A program made the translations under genes and the position numbers. This document shows, piece by piece, positions 1 to 9,237 of a stretch of DNA of 64,000 nt (its first letter is position 1; every line of letters begins with the position of its first letter). The notes beneath the pieces were generated by a model that saw only the letters and a list, made by a program, of their open reading frames with translations, ran no database searches and had not been told where the DNA came from. Source of the stretch: an uncultured Bacteriovoracaceae bacterium (GTDB taxonomy: Bacteria; Bdellovibrionota; UBA1018); the NCBI GenBank assembly GCA_964364175.1, contig CAYILR010000008.1:32001-96000 (forward strand), written 5' to 3'.

Positions 1-343
1 GTCAAGATGTCGGATGCCGAGAGCGAAGGCGCTTTCGTTGAGTTTGGCGGCAAGCTCAAAGAACTCATGGAGTGCGGCGTGCGCGATCGTCTCCTTGGCC
101 TTCTCCCGATAGCGGTGCATGAAGTCGGTGGCCTTCTGTGCGCCCTCCTCCTTGAGGACCGCCCGGACCTCGTTGAGGCTAGCATCCATCGCGTCGGCCA
201 TCCGATGCTCACGATCGGTGGCTGTGGGTGGGTACAGGTTCGAGGCTTTCTGTTCGGCCTCGTAGGCTGCGACGAGGGCGTCGATCTGCTCCTGGGTCGG
301 TTCCCAGGTCTCGTTCCCGATCTTGATCTTCGTTGTTTTCATG
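1..343 (-). CDS. hypothetical protein (C-terminal part cut by window edge)
   Basis: ATG at 343-341 preceded on the minus strand by GAAGGAGGG; the frame stays open to the window edge (MKTTKIKIGNETWEPTQEQIDALVAAYEAE...). Confidence 0.45.
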
Positions 344-353
344 TCACCCTCCT

Positions 354-1082
354 TCAGCCCTGGCGGCTCTTGAACTCAAGGCGCTCCTTGGCCCACGCTA
401 CGGCGATGCTCGGCCAGATACCGCCGGACGCGATCGACGCCAGGTCATCGATCATGAGATCGCTCAACATGAGTGAAAGGTCACTCACTACCTGCGCGTC
501 TGAAAGTGCACCTGCGCGGACGCGAGCCTCCAAGGCGGAGAAGCGGGGGCTACGCGCCGTGATGAGCTTCGGGTCCGGGCGCTGGCCGTCAGCGCCTTGG
601 ATGTTGAGAGCTTGAGCCAGCTTCGGGTCCATAGCCGCAATGATGTTCTTCATGCCGGCGCTCTGCTCGCGGGCCTTCTCAGCCTTGATGGCGGCCTCCG
701 CCTCCTGGGTCGCGCGCTGTTCTCCGGTGCGAGCAACGTAGGTGTTATTGGCCTCGTTGTAGGAGGCACGGAAGGCAGCGACCGCGCCCGGATCGGCCAA
801 GGCTTCCTGGGCTTCCTTCTCGTCCACGACCTCGACGGAGCCCGTGTTGAGGTACTTGCGAAAGCTCGACGACGAGCGGAGCGACTCCGGGTCGATGTGA
901 TCACAGATGTTGAACGGTGTCGCGCTGCGCGGGATGTTGAAGCTCTTTTCCCCCTCAGCCGAGGGGTAGTTGAGCACCAAGATCGACAGCGTGTTGGAGG
1001 TCTTGTGACGGCTATTGTTGCGGATGAACAGTGGCTCGCGGGCGGCCAGCTTCTTGTCGATGTCGCTGAAAGACGTGAACAC
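354..1082 (-). CDS. hypothetical protein
   Basis: 242-codon ORF with a GTG start preceded by AGGAGA; non-repetitive sequence. Confidence 0.6.
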   Translation of the reverse strand: MFTSFSDIDKKLAAREPLFIRNNSRHKTSNTLSILVLNYPSAEGEKSFNIPRSATPFNICDHIDPESLRSSSSFRKYLNTGSVEVVDEKEAQEALADPGAVAAFRASYNEANNTYVARTGEQRATQEAEAAIKAEKAREQSAGMKNIIAAMDPKLAQALNIQGADGQRPDPKLITARSPRFSALEARVRAGALSDAQVVSDLSLMLSDLMIDDLASIASGGIWPSIAVAWAKERLEFKSRQG

Positions 1083-1223
1083 GGTGGTCTCCTGGTTCGA
1101 GTGCTCTTAGGGCAGAGTCGCCCCTCTAGCACGGCCAGGAGAACTGGTCATCTGCACTTCTCGACGAAGCAGAGCAGGTCAGAATTTCAGGCGAGCATTC
1201 GCGTGCGTTCGTAGCCTACAGCC

Positions 1224-1550
1224 TCAGGAGCCGTCGTAGGAGCGATAATCCTTCACGTTCACCGCGAAGCCGCACCTTGCAAGCTCGGAGAGGAAGTCGG
1301 CGGGCTGCTCATAGGATGGGGTCTGGGCCAGGGTGATTCCCCACTTCATGCCCTTCTCGCTGTCTGCTTCCATGATGATGTTCAAGACACGGCCCATGAT
1401 CTGACCGTAGAACACGATACACAGCGAGGCTGGCTGGGATGGTGGCCACACGATGGAGAGGCAGTTCGACAGCGTCACCACGCGCGCGTCCTCGGTCATC
1501 AAAGCCTCGGGGACAGCCACGGTGGCGGTGTAATCCACGGTCTTCGACAT
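1224..1550 (-). CDS. hypothetical protein
   Basis: 108-codon ORF that abuts the upstream gene end at 1551. Confidence 0.55.
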   Translation of the reverse strand: MSKTVDYTATVAVPEALMTEDARVVTLSNCLSIVWPPSQPASLCIVFYGQIMGRVLNIIMEADSEKGMKWGITLAQTPSYEQPADFLSELARCGFAVNVKDYRSYDGS

Positions 1551-3875
1551 TCAGTCCTCCAGGTACTCGGCGACGTTCACGATGGTGTCAACGATCTTCT
1601 TCATCTTGGCTGCACGCCGGACGCGACGTTTCTTCTTGTAGTAGTTCGTCGAGGCAACTACCGGAGGTGGCGGCAACGACAGGTTTGGTGCGAGCTTAGC
1701 AAGACAGGCTTCAGCCAGCGGAACAGCCTTCCCACCGCTACGCTCGGCTAGGTCCGCCAGCTTCTCCAGGCCGCGCATCACCGTGTTCGTTGGATAACCG
1801 ACTTGAAACGCAGCCTCTTGGACGGCCGCCCGCATGGCCTCGTCCTGATGAATCTGCATGTTCAGGTTGCGTGTCTCCGTCGACAGGATCTGAAGCTGCT
1901 CCATGAGAGGGGCTTCCGGGTCCAACAGCACGTTGATGGCCTGAGCCGTGCGCAGTGCAGGAGCCGCGGGAGTCGGACCGAACGGGTCATGGGTGATGGG
2001 ATCGACGGCAGAGGACACGCGACCAAGGCGTCCAATTTTCTTTCCTTTGGAACGGCTCTCGGCGATGTTGGTCACCACGGTCCTACCCTTCAGCGTCTTC
2101 GCCAGGTTGCTTGGGTCGAGGTCACGATGGCGGATCTTGTTCGCTCTGAGGAACTTGAGCGTCGACTTGGCCCAGGCGATCTTGGCCTCCAAACCAGGAT
2201 CTTTCCATACGGCTCTACGTCGAGCCGCGATATCCGCGCGCCGATCGTTCATCATCTTGAAAGGTAGCGCCGTCTCGACCCGCCTACGGCGCGTCGTCAC
2301 CGGGTCCGTTTTCTCCGGGTCGACGATGAAGCGGAGGAAGTCCTCCAGGTCCTTCGGCTGTGCCGGCGTGAGCGCGTTCTTCTGCATCGCGCGCCAGCGG
2401 AAGAGGGTGTCGACGAACAGATCCCAATCCGGGTCGACAGGCCAGGTCACACGCTCGTGGACGATGGCCCAGAGCGGCTCCTTGACGCCGGACAGCCGAA
2501 GCTCGAACACGTCGTGGATGCGGGGCATGGCGACGTGCCGCTTGTTCTTCAGGCGGTTCCAGGACTGTCCTTCAAGCTTGTCGGTCGTGAGCGTGAGTGT
2601 TGTTTTCTTATCCGGCAATAACCAGCTTGTGAGCGGCCGGTGATGATATCTGCGCCTCCCACCCAAAACTGGCGCAAGCTGCATGACACCTTTGGCGTGG
2701 TCGATTCCTAGCCGCGCAGCGACTTTGCGCCAGGCTTTGTCGTGGCCTTCGAGGGGCTGCGGCAGTGGTTGGCGGCCTGGCTTGATCTTCTTCCAGGCGT
2801 CGAACGGACGCTTGAACTCAGCCGTGACCTCCAGATAGGAGGCAGTGGCGAGTAGTGCTCGTGCTACTGACTTGAGCCTGGCATATCTGTTTTCAGGGTC
2901 ATCGTCTGTGAAGTTTCTGAAGTCTACGGATACGGGTCCTTTGAGGGACCAGTCCCACTCCCAGTCACGTACTGTTTGCTGCTTCTCGTTGTCGAAACCA
3001 GTGCTAGTGTCAAAATACAGACCGAATTCTTGCAGCGCCTCCTGGGCACGTCGGAGAGCTTCCTTCTGTTCATCAGTAGCATCTGTCAGGTCGAAGTGTA
3101 GACCAACAGCGACGTCTCGCCCACGGTCTGGGCTATCCGCTACCTTTGCAGCAGCCTGAAGGTCATGCCATGGGCCATGGTGTCCAGAGCGGAGTCCTTT
3201 GATCATGGCTTCTTCGGCCGTGTAGCGCTTCTCCTGTGTAGGCTTGTGCTTCGTGTTGAAGGCCGCGAGGGACGACGGCTGACGCTTGAAGTGCTCAGTC
3301 TGCCAGTCGTAGACCTTGCCCTTGAACTCGACCCAAGCGTGCTCATAACGCGGTCGTTCACCAGGAGCCGGATCTGGGTTCACAACCACAGCGTGGACGA
3401 CCACGGCGTCGTCCCCAAACTCCCGTGCCTTCTGGGTCGCATATCGGAAACAGTCACCACATGGGATGACCTTGGCGACTGCCGACACCGGATTCCAGAC
3501 CTTGGCTTCACCGCCGCGCTGGCTGGCGCCCGTGCTGACTTCCACGAGGCCCTTGCGCTTGAGCTTCTGGAGCGCGTTCAAGACCATCAAGTCCTGCTGC
3601 CGCTTGGTCATCCACTTGATGTCTTCCGGGAGCCCGCCTGTTCCTTCGATGGCCAGGTCGCGCAGCAAGCTCGTAGTGAGTGACGGCTCCGGACCGCCGC
3701 GGCGCTTCCAGGCTGCGTACATGTCCTTTGCAGCTTGAAGGACAGCATCTTCCAGCCACTTCAGGTCTTCGACGCGCTTGCGCTCCTTCACCCGACCCTT
3801 GGCCGAGCCTTCAGGGCTCAGGTCCATGCGGTGACCTGCCTCGATGACATCGTTGTGAGAGGCCAGACGCTTCAT
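1551..3875 (-). CDS. large hypothetical protein (about 775 aa)
   Basis: The ORF is open to 4010, but its first 45 codons are Arg/Pro-rich and overlap other genes. The ATG at 3875 (MKRLASH...) forms an ATGA overlap with the small upstream ORF. Confidence 0.6.
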   Translation of the reverse strand: MKRLASHNDVIEAGHRMDLSPEGSAKGRVKERKRVEDLKWLEDAVLQAAKDMYAAWKRRGGPEPSLTTSLLRDLAIEGTGGLPEDIKWMTKRQQDLMVLNALQKLKRKGLVEVSTGASQRGGEAKVWNPVSAVAKVIPCGDCFRYATQKAREFGDDAVVVHAVVVNPDPAPGERPRYEHAWVEFKGKVYDWQTEHFKRQPSSLAAFNTKHKPTQEKRYTAEEAMIKGLRSGHHGPWHDLQAAAKVADSPDRGRDVAVGLHFDLTDATDEQKEALRRAQEALQEFGLYFDTSTGFDNEKQQTVRDWEWDWSLKGPVSVDFRNFTDDDPENRYARLKSVARALLATASYLEVTAEFKRPFDAWKKIKPGRQPLPQPLEGHDKAWRKVAARLGIDHAKGVMQLAPVLGGRRRYHHRPLTSWLLPDKKTTLTLTTDKLEGQSWNRLKNKRHVAMPRIHDVFELRLSGVKEPLWAIVHERVTWPVDPDWDLFVDTLFRWRAMQKNALTPAQPKDLEDFLRFIVDPEKTDPVTTRRRRVETALPFKMMNDRRADIAARRRAVWKDPGLEAKIAWAKSTLKFLRANKIRHRDLDPSNLAKTLKGRTVVTNIAESRSKGKKIGRLGRVSSAVDPITHDPFGPTPAAPALRTAQAINVLLDPEAPLMEQLQILSTETRNLNMQIHQDEAMRAAVQEAAFQVGYPTNTVMRGLEKLADLAERSGGKAVPLAEACLAKLAPNLSLPPPPVVASTNYYKKKRRVRRAAKMKKIVDTIVNVAEYLED

Positions 3876-3973
3876 TCGTCTCTGTTCCGAGATACGAGAT
3901 GGTGGAACCCTGCCAGAACCAGGGCGGCGAGGAACGCCCAGAGAACGGCCCAGGGGAGGACCGTCCGCCACAT
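3872..3973 (-). CDS. 33-aa hydrophobic (single transmembrane) peptide
   Basis: Hand translation gives MWRTVLPWAVLWAFLAALVLAGFHHLVSRNRDE. The ATG lies 2 nt after the stop of 3976-4317, and the stop overlaps the next ATG as ATGA. It is below the ORF-track size cutoff. Confidence 0.4.
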   Translation of the reverse strand: MWRTVLPWAVLWAFLAALVLAGFHHLVSRNRDE

Positions 3974-3975
3974 GG

Positions 3976-4317
3976 TCAGTCCTTGCCTTGGTCTTGGACC
4001 ACCATGGCAAGCTCCTCGATATCCTTCATGATGGAGAAAAGGCACTTCAAGCGGTCATCATGTTGCTTGCGCGCCACCTGATAGGCACCAGGCTTGAGCG
4101 TCTGGTAGTCGCGACCGTGAGGCGTAGCGTTCGTCAGAGCATTCTGCATCGCGCGCCCGGCGTGGGCCACCGCGATGAGTTGGTCCATCAACTCCTTCTT
4201 GGAGGTGCCGTTGTTGTTGACCTGGGGCGCTTGCAAGCCACTCTCACTGGCCGAGAGCTTGGCGGCAGCCAAGCGGAGGGACTTAGTGATCTGAGCGCGG
4301 GTCTTCTGGTCCATCAC
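3976..4317 (-). CDS. hypothetical protein
   Basis: 113-codon ORF whose start overlaps the stop of the upstream gene at 4314-4317. Confidence 0.55.
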   Translation of the reverse strand: MMDQKTRAQITKSLRLAAAKLSASESGLQAPQVNNNGTSKKELMDQLIAVAHAGRAMQNALTNATPHGRDYQTLKPGAYQVARKQHDDRLKCLFSIMKDIEELAMVVQDQGKD

Positions 4318-6452
4318 TTCACCCCGAGCTTGGCAGCGAGCTTCTTGGGATCGACGATGAGAGCCACGTAGCCTTCGATGTTGCTGATGACCTTGATCTC
4401 ACCGCTGGCGGCTTCCTTGGCGTCGAAGTCGGCCTTGACGGAGATGTCGCTTCCAAGGCGCGTCCCCATCATCTCGCCGACGTCCTTGAGCGTGATGTCC
4501 TTGCCGAAGGGGTTGTTGACACCTTCGCTGGCGTTGAGGAACAACTCGACGTCACCGATGCTACCGGTGCTGACGACGACGTTCTTCATGGCCCGGATGC
4601 CAGGGATGAACTTGTAGTCCCCGACGTCGTACATGGCCTTCTCGATCTCGTCACCGGAGGTGCCCGCAGCCAGAGCCTTGGAACAAACCTCGGCCACGTC
4701 CTCCAGGTACTGGCTGTTGAGGTTCTTCTCGACGAACTGCTCAACGTCGTTCCACTGGTAGGCGAACGAGTCGCCGGGGCCGTCAGGGAAGTAGTCGGAA
4801 GGATCACGCTCCTTCTCCGCGTCCACTGCTGCTTCAACGGCTGTGTTGTAGACGTCGTTCGCATTGCCCACGATCTCCTCGTAGGCGTCGGACAGAAGCT
4901 CGAAGGACGACTCCATGATGGCGTCAGCCAGGCTCTGGTGTGCGGCCTTGATCGTCGAGTCGGTGTCGAGGAGCTTGCGGAGGACTTCGACGTCGAGGAT
5001 CCCCTCCAAGTCGCCATCGTGAATGCCTACGCCGTGGCCCTCCTGCGTCATCCACATGAGGTATGGGGCGTCGGCCGCCATCGCCTCTTCGGCCCGAGCG
5101 ATCTCGAAGGTGCCTTCGAGCAGCTTCTCGGCCGCGGTCTCGTAGTCCCGCGCCGCCTCCTGTACCTTGGCGGACACATCCAGATCGCCATGCACAAGGT
5201 TGCTGAAGACGTAGACGTTGTCCCCATCGTCTGAGATGTTGGACTCGATCGCCATGCTAACAAGCTGCTGGAGCGTGTCATAGTCGAACGCGCCCTGAGA
5301 AGCCGAGATGACGCTGGCTGCGGCACTATTCTTCTCGGGCTTCACCTTGCGCGTCTTGCCTCCCTGCTTAAAGCCAAGGGCGGCTGCGGCGTCTCGGATG
5401 AAGACACGATCCTTCTCTTTCTCGTCTTCAGGAAGATCGGCGTAGGGTTTCTTGAGGTCATCCGAGGCCCAGGACTTATTGCGCTCAACCCAGGCATCAT
5501 GGATGTTGGAGGCCATAGCCTCCATGTCCTCCGCTGGGAAGGTCTTGGCGCGGTTCAAAGCCTTCGACTGCATGGTAATCAAGACGTTCTGAACGGCCGC
5601 CACTGCTGACGCAGTGTTCTCTTTCGCGATGTCCTTCGGAAGCTCTGAGTTTTTGAGCTTCGTGATGTCCACCTGGTCGGTTCCGTTCTTCTTGATCCAG
5701 TCCTCGTCCTTGGTGGTCTTCACACGAGGCTTGTCGCCATTCTTCTTCTTGTAATCGTCCTTCCACTTCTCGTGAGCGGAATCTGCAACTGCTGTCATGG
5801 CGGCTACCGTCTTCGTAAGTGCCGAGGCCAATTTGACCTTTCCGGCTTTCTCATATGAGGCCACTAGATCAAGAACGTCTTTCGGGCTGCCAACGTCCTT
5901 GAAGTTGTCGAACGCTACCTGGAAGCGCTCTTTCGGGGACAGCTTTGCAAGGTCCTGGCCTGCTTCCGCAGCGCCGTACTCGTAGGCCGAGCCATCTTTG
6001 GGCTTGACCATGAGCTTGATGCCCTTGATGGAGAGTTTGTCGCCGAACTGGACCTTGATCTGAGAGCCGGACTTCTCGCCCTTCTTCGGGCCGGTCTTCC
6101 ACTCAAAGGTCGCATTGCCCACGCCTTTCTTGTTGGGCTGCTTGTTGATCGTCAACCACTTCTTCGTGAACTTCTTATTCTTTTCAGCCTCTTTCTTCTG
6201 CTCCGATGTCATGCGCTTGCGCCTCACAGCGTCGATGACCGACGCTGTGATGTCCTGCCCGTGGACATGCTCGGTCGCCTGGACCGCTGCCGCCACGGCC
6301 TGAGCCGCGTCCTCAAGGGCACGAAGCGTCTCGGCCGGAAGCTCGACCTCTTTGGTCGTTTGCTCCACCAGATCGTCGATCTTCTGAGACAGGTTCTCAG
6401 GAATCGCGGTCGTCGGTTCTGGCTCAGGCGTGGGGATTGGCTTAATATCCAT
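4314..6452 (-). CDS. large acidic/Lys-rich protein with a GNATF-motif domain (paralog of 44608-46008)
   Basis: Long ORF. I prefer the ATG at 6452 (MDIKPIPTPEPEP) directly after a 12-bp hairpin; the track start at 6491 is a GTG inside that hairpin. Shares WxxxNxKGxxGNATFxWK...GDxLxIKGxxLxVKPKxGxxYEYGAAE with 44608-46008. Confidence 0.6.
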   Translation of the reverse strand: MDIKPIPTPEPEPTTAIPENLSQKIDDLVEQTTKEVELPAETLRALEDAAQAVAAAVQATEHVHGQDITASVIDAVRRKRMTSEQKKEAEKNKKFTKKWLTINKQPNKKGVGNATFEWKTGPKKGEKSGSQIKVQFGDKLSIKGIKLMVKPKDGSAYEYGAAEAGQDLAKLSPKERFQVAFDNFKDVGSPKDVLDLVASYEKAGKVKLASALTKTVAAMTAVADSAHEKWKDDYKKKNGDKPRVKTTKDEDWIKKNGTDQVDITKLKNSELPKDIAKENTASAVAAVQNVLITMQSKALNRAKTFPAEDMEAMASNIHDAWVERNKSWASDDLKKPYADLPEDEKEKDRVFIRDAAAALGFKQGGKTRKVKPEKNSAAASVISASQGAFDYDTLQQLVSMAIESNISDDGDNVYVFSNLVHGDLDVSAKVQEAARDYETAAEKLLEGTFEIARAEEAMAADAPYLMWMTQEGHGVGIHDGDLEGILDVEVLRKLLDTDSTIKAAHQSLADAIMESSFELLSDAYEEIVGNANDVYNTAVEAAVDAEKERDPSDYFPDGPGDSFAYQWNDVEQFVEKNLNSQYLEDVAEVCSKALAAGTSGDEIEKAMYDVGDYKFIPGIRAMKNVVVSTGSIGDVELFLNASEGVNNPFGKDITLKDVGEMMGTRLGSDISVKADFDAKEAASGEIKVISNIEGYVALIVDPKKLAAKLGVK

Positions 6453-6491
6453 GTGAGGCAACCTCGGGTCGTCAATCCAAGGTTGCCTCAC
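6453..6491 (-). promoter_or_regulatory. 12-bp perfect hairpin immediately 5' of a start codon (possible SD occlusion)
   Basis: gtgaggcaacct (6453-6464) and aggttgcctcac (6480-6491) are exact reverse complements. On the mRNA the 3' arm carries GAGG 9 nt before the ATG at 6452. Confidence 0.45.
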
Positions 6492-6844
6492 AACGGCCGA
6501 AAAAGATCGACTTCACGCCTTGCCGGCTTTGCCTCATAAGTTGCCTTACAAGACTTCGGGCATGAGGAGCTTCATCGCTTTTGGCTCTGCTCCCTTGTTT
6601 TCCAGGCACTAGCCGTACCCAAATTCACTTTGGTTTTTCGCTGTAGGACCCAGTATTTTCAACTTTGAATCCAGCGCAGTTGCCCTCTGCTTTATCTAGT
6701 TTTACTTCACACAAGACTTTGTGTGAAAACGCGATACTAGGTTGTCAAAGAACGAGAGGCCGCACCGTCAGGATGTGCTACCTTGACGGCACGACGACGC
6801 TAGGAAGACCGACTAGCCATGTCAACTGCCAATTTGAGGCAAAG

Positions 6845-7168
6845 CTACATCTTGCCCATCTCCTCCAGCCGGACCGCCGCGTAGCCGCGTTGGAGCTTGA
6901 TCGACTTCAAGGCGTCCTTGTAGGGGCCTTGCAGGTTCTTCAACTCCTCTTTCAGTTCCTTGATCTTCTCATCGGCTTCCAGCTTGTCGTCGGTCTCTTT
7001 CTCGTGTTGTGCGAGTGACACGAGGCGATCTCGAAGCTCTTGCTCGCTCATGCTCTGCATGGCTTCGACCACGGCTTCACCTGCCGCCTTGAGCAGCTTC
7101 TCTTCCAGCTTGGTGCCGGTGCTCTTGGCGCCCCAGTCACCACCGTTGTTGCCTTTGCCTTTACCCAT
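6845..7168 (-). CDS. small coiled-coil protein
   Basis: 107-codon ORF; ATG preceded by GAAGGAGA; Glu/Lys-rich heptad-like sequence. Confidence 0.6.
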   Translation of the reverse strand: MGKGKGNNGGDWGAKSTGTKLEEKLLKAAGEAVVEAMQSMSEQELRDRLVSLAQHEKETDDKLEADEKIKELKEELKNLQGPYKDALKSIKLQRGYAAVRLEEMGKM

Positions 7169-7203
7169 AGTGAATCTCCTTCGGTAGAGGTGCCTTGTAG
7201 CAG

Positions 7204-8718
7204 CTACCAGCCACCCTTGGCCTTCTTTTTCTTCTGGTTGCCGATCTTCGGCGGGATGACGGGTTCGTCCTCCTCGACAGCGGCGGTCTTGACCGGCTTG
7301 GTGGTCTTCTTCGGCGGCGGTGCCTCCGCCTCCTCAGCGGCCTCCTCCGCCTCGAAGGACTCCTCCCCCTCCTCCGATTCATCCTCGTCGTTGCCGCTCA
7401 AGGACGACGCCTTGGAGGTCTTCTGGCCTGTCAGGCCCACGTCCTCCTCGTCGGACGCCTTGGTCTTGTCCTTCGAGTTGCGGTAGCGCTTCACAGCCTC
7501 GCCGTTGGCGAGCGCCGCGTAGCAAGCATTGAAGAACGTGTTGGTGCCGTCCGCGCGTTGCTTGCGGATGATGGTCTCCAGCGCCGCGGGCGACGGGTAC
7601 TTGCCGTCGATCTTGAGCCTGGTGACGCCGAGGAACTTCATGATGAGGTCGAGGGCACCTGAGAAGTCCTTGGCGGCGACAAGCTCCTTCGCCTTCTTCG
7701 TGAAGGCGTCGACCTCTTCCTTCTTCGCCTTCGTCAGCGCCTTCTCCACGTTCTTCATCTGGATGTCGAGGTTGAATTTGTCGAGGCCGCTGATGGTCAA
7801 ACCCTTGGCGTCCTTGGTGAGATAGCCCGCCTTCTTGGCAAACGTCATCGCGTCGTTGGCCGGATCGAATCCCTGGCCGAGGTGCAGGAACACCTCAGCC
7901 TCCTGCATCGGGATGAAGTTCTTGTTCTTGTGGGTCTTGAAGCGCGTCATCTGGAAGACGCCGCCATCGTCCAACTCGATCTGCTTGCCGCGTCCGATGC
8001 GAACCAGGTTGTCTGTCGAGAACTGCCAGGCGTTGCCACCAGGGATCGACTCTGGGCTCTGGTACGGGTTGCCGACGTTCGATCGGACCTGGTTGGTCGC
8101 CACCAGCGAGACGTGCTTGCGGGTCAGCAGCCCCTTCAACATGCCCCAATACTTCGAGTGCATCGAAGCTCGGACAGCCGGGCGCTTGGACTCCTCCAGC
8201 TTGAACTCGTTGCGCTCGGCCATGGTCGCGACCGAGTCGATGAAGATGACCAACTGCGGCAAGCCGTAGTGCTTGTCCGGAAGCTGGTTGCACGCCGCGA
8301 TGATCATCTCGTAGGTGCCGTTGCCGCTCTCGGGCCGGTAGTAGGTCAGGACGGGGTCCTTGTTCGAGCGGTCCATGCCGAGCGTGTCGATGTACGCCGC
8401 ATCAGTGGTACCCTCGTGGTCGAAGAACACGGTAGGGATACCGAGCTTGTGCAGGAACGCTGCCGCTGAATATACAAGAGAAGACTTACCAACTCCGGCA
8501 GGACCATATATTTGGAAGACCTGGCCGCCGTAGTAGCCGCCTCCCATGATCAAGCTCAGGGTCAACGAACCCGCCGACAGGTAGTCAGCTTCCTCCTTCT
8601 GTCGAAGCTCGATGGCGTGAACCTTCTTCTCCTTCTCCAACTTTCCGAACAGAGACAACACATTCTTGGCGCTGAGCTTCTCGGTCTTTTGCTCAACCTC
8701 TTGCTTCTTGCTTCCCAT
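7204..8718 (-). CDS. RecA/UvsX-family recombinase
   Basis: LSAGSLTLSLIMGGGYYGGQVFQIYGPAGVGKSSLV matches the RecA-fold Walker A region, followed by a Walker B-like VIFIDSV and an acidic/basic tail. I prefer the ATG at 8718 (MGSKKQE); the ORF is open to 8832. Confidence 0.75.
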   Translation of the reverse strand: MGSKKQEVEQKTEKLSAKNVLSLFGKLEKEKKVHAIELRQKEEADYLSAGSLTLSLIMGGGYYGGQVFQIYGPAGVGKSSLVYSAAAFLHKLGIPTVFFDHEGTTDAAYIDTLGMDRSNKDPVLTYYRPESGNGTYEMIIAACNQLPDKHYGLPQLVIFIDSVATMAERNEFKLEESKRPAVRASMHSKYWGMLKGLLTRKHVSLVATNQVRSNVGNPYQSPESIPGGNAWQFSTDNLVRIGRGKQIELDDGGVFQMTRFKTHKNKNFIPMQEAEVFLHLGQGFDPANDAMTFAKKAGYLTKDAKGLTISGLDKFNLDIQMKNVEKALTKAKKEEVDAFTKKAKELVAAKDFSGALDLIMKFLGVTRLKIDGKYPSPAALETIIRKQRADGTNTFFNACYAALANGEAVKRYRNSKDKTKASDEEDVGLTGQKTSKASSLSGNDEDESEEGEESFEAEEAAEEAEAPPPKKTTKPVKTAAVEEDEPVIPPKIGNQKKKKAKGGW

Positions 8719-8728
8719 GAAGTACCTC

Positions 8729-9201
8729 TCAAGTTTTGATGATGAATCGGTCGATTTCGGCGCTAAGGGCGTCCAACAAATTGACATAGCCCGCAGGGCT
8801 GGGCGCGACACGGCGGATAAAAGACTTTCCACCGACGTCTTGCGCCAAGAACTGACCGTTATCTCCGATAGACACAGAAGACCGAAACAGGATAGTGCGC
8901 CTCTTCACGAGGCGGACTTGAGGAAGCCAGCAAGCACTGATGGTGGTCATCAGCTTCGCATCGTTCCTATCCAAGAGGAGCCGGTGATAGCTGACTCTAG
9001 GACGTTCCTTTGTCCAGTTGGTGAGACCCTCGTCGAGGGTCCCACCGGCCTCTGTGAGCTTATCGAGGACACGGTAAGCCAGAGCCGGGATGCCCGGCTT
9101 GACCTTAGGCACAGCCTTCAGGTCCTCAAGAAGGAGAAGAAGCAGAAACCGATCCCCCACAGAGGTGAATAGGTGCTCCACCTCGGCGGGAGATACGGCC
9201 A
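8729..9201 (-). CDS. hypothetical protein
   Basis: The ORF is open to 9232; the ATG at 9201 is preceded by AAGGAAAAGAGG. Confidence 0.5.
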
Positions 9202-9237
9202 TTTGCCTCTTTTCCTTCACAAGGGCCAACAAGAGGC

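Noticed and set aside
6500-6845. Promoter or small RNA in the 350-nt AT-richer gap, including the hairpin tcacacaag ac tttgtgtga near 6707-6727
   Set aside because: I found a TTGACA on the minus strand but no convincing -10 at 16-18 nt. I also could not define an RNA gene, so the region is left unannotated.
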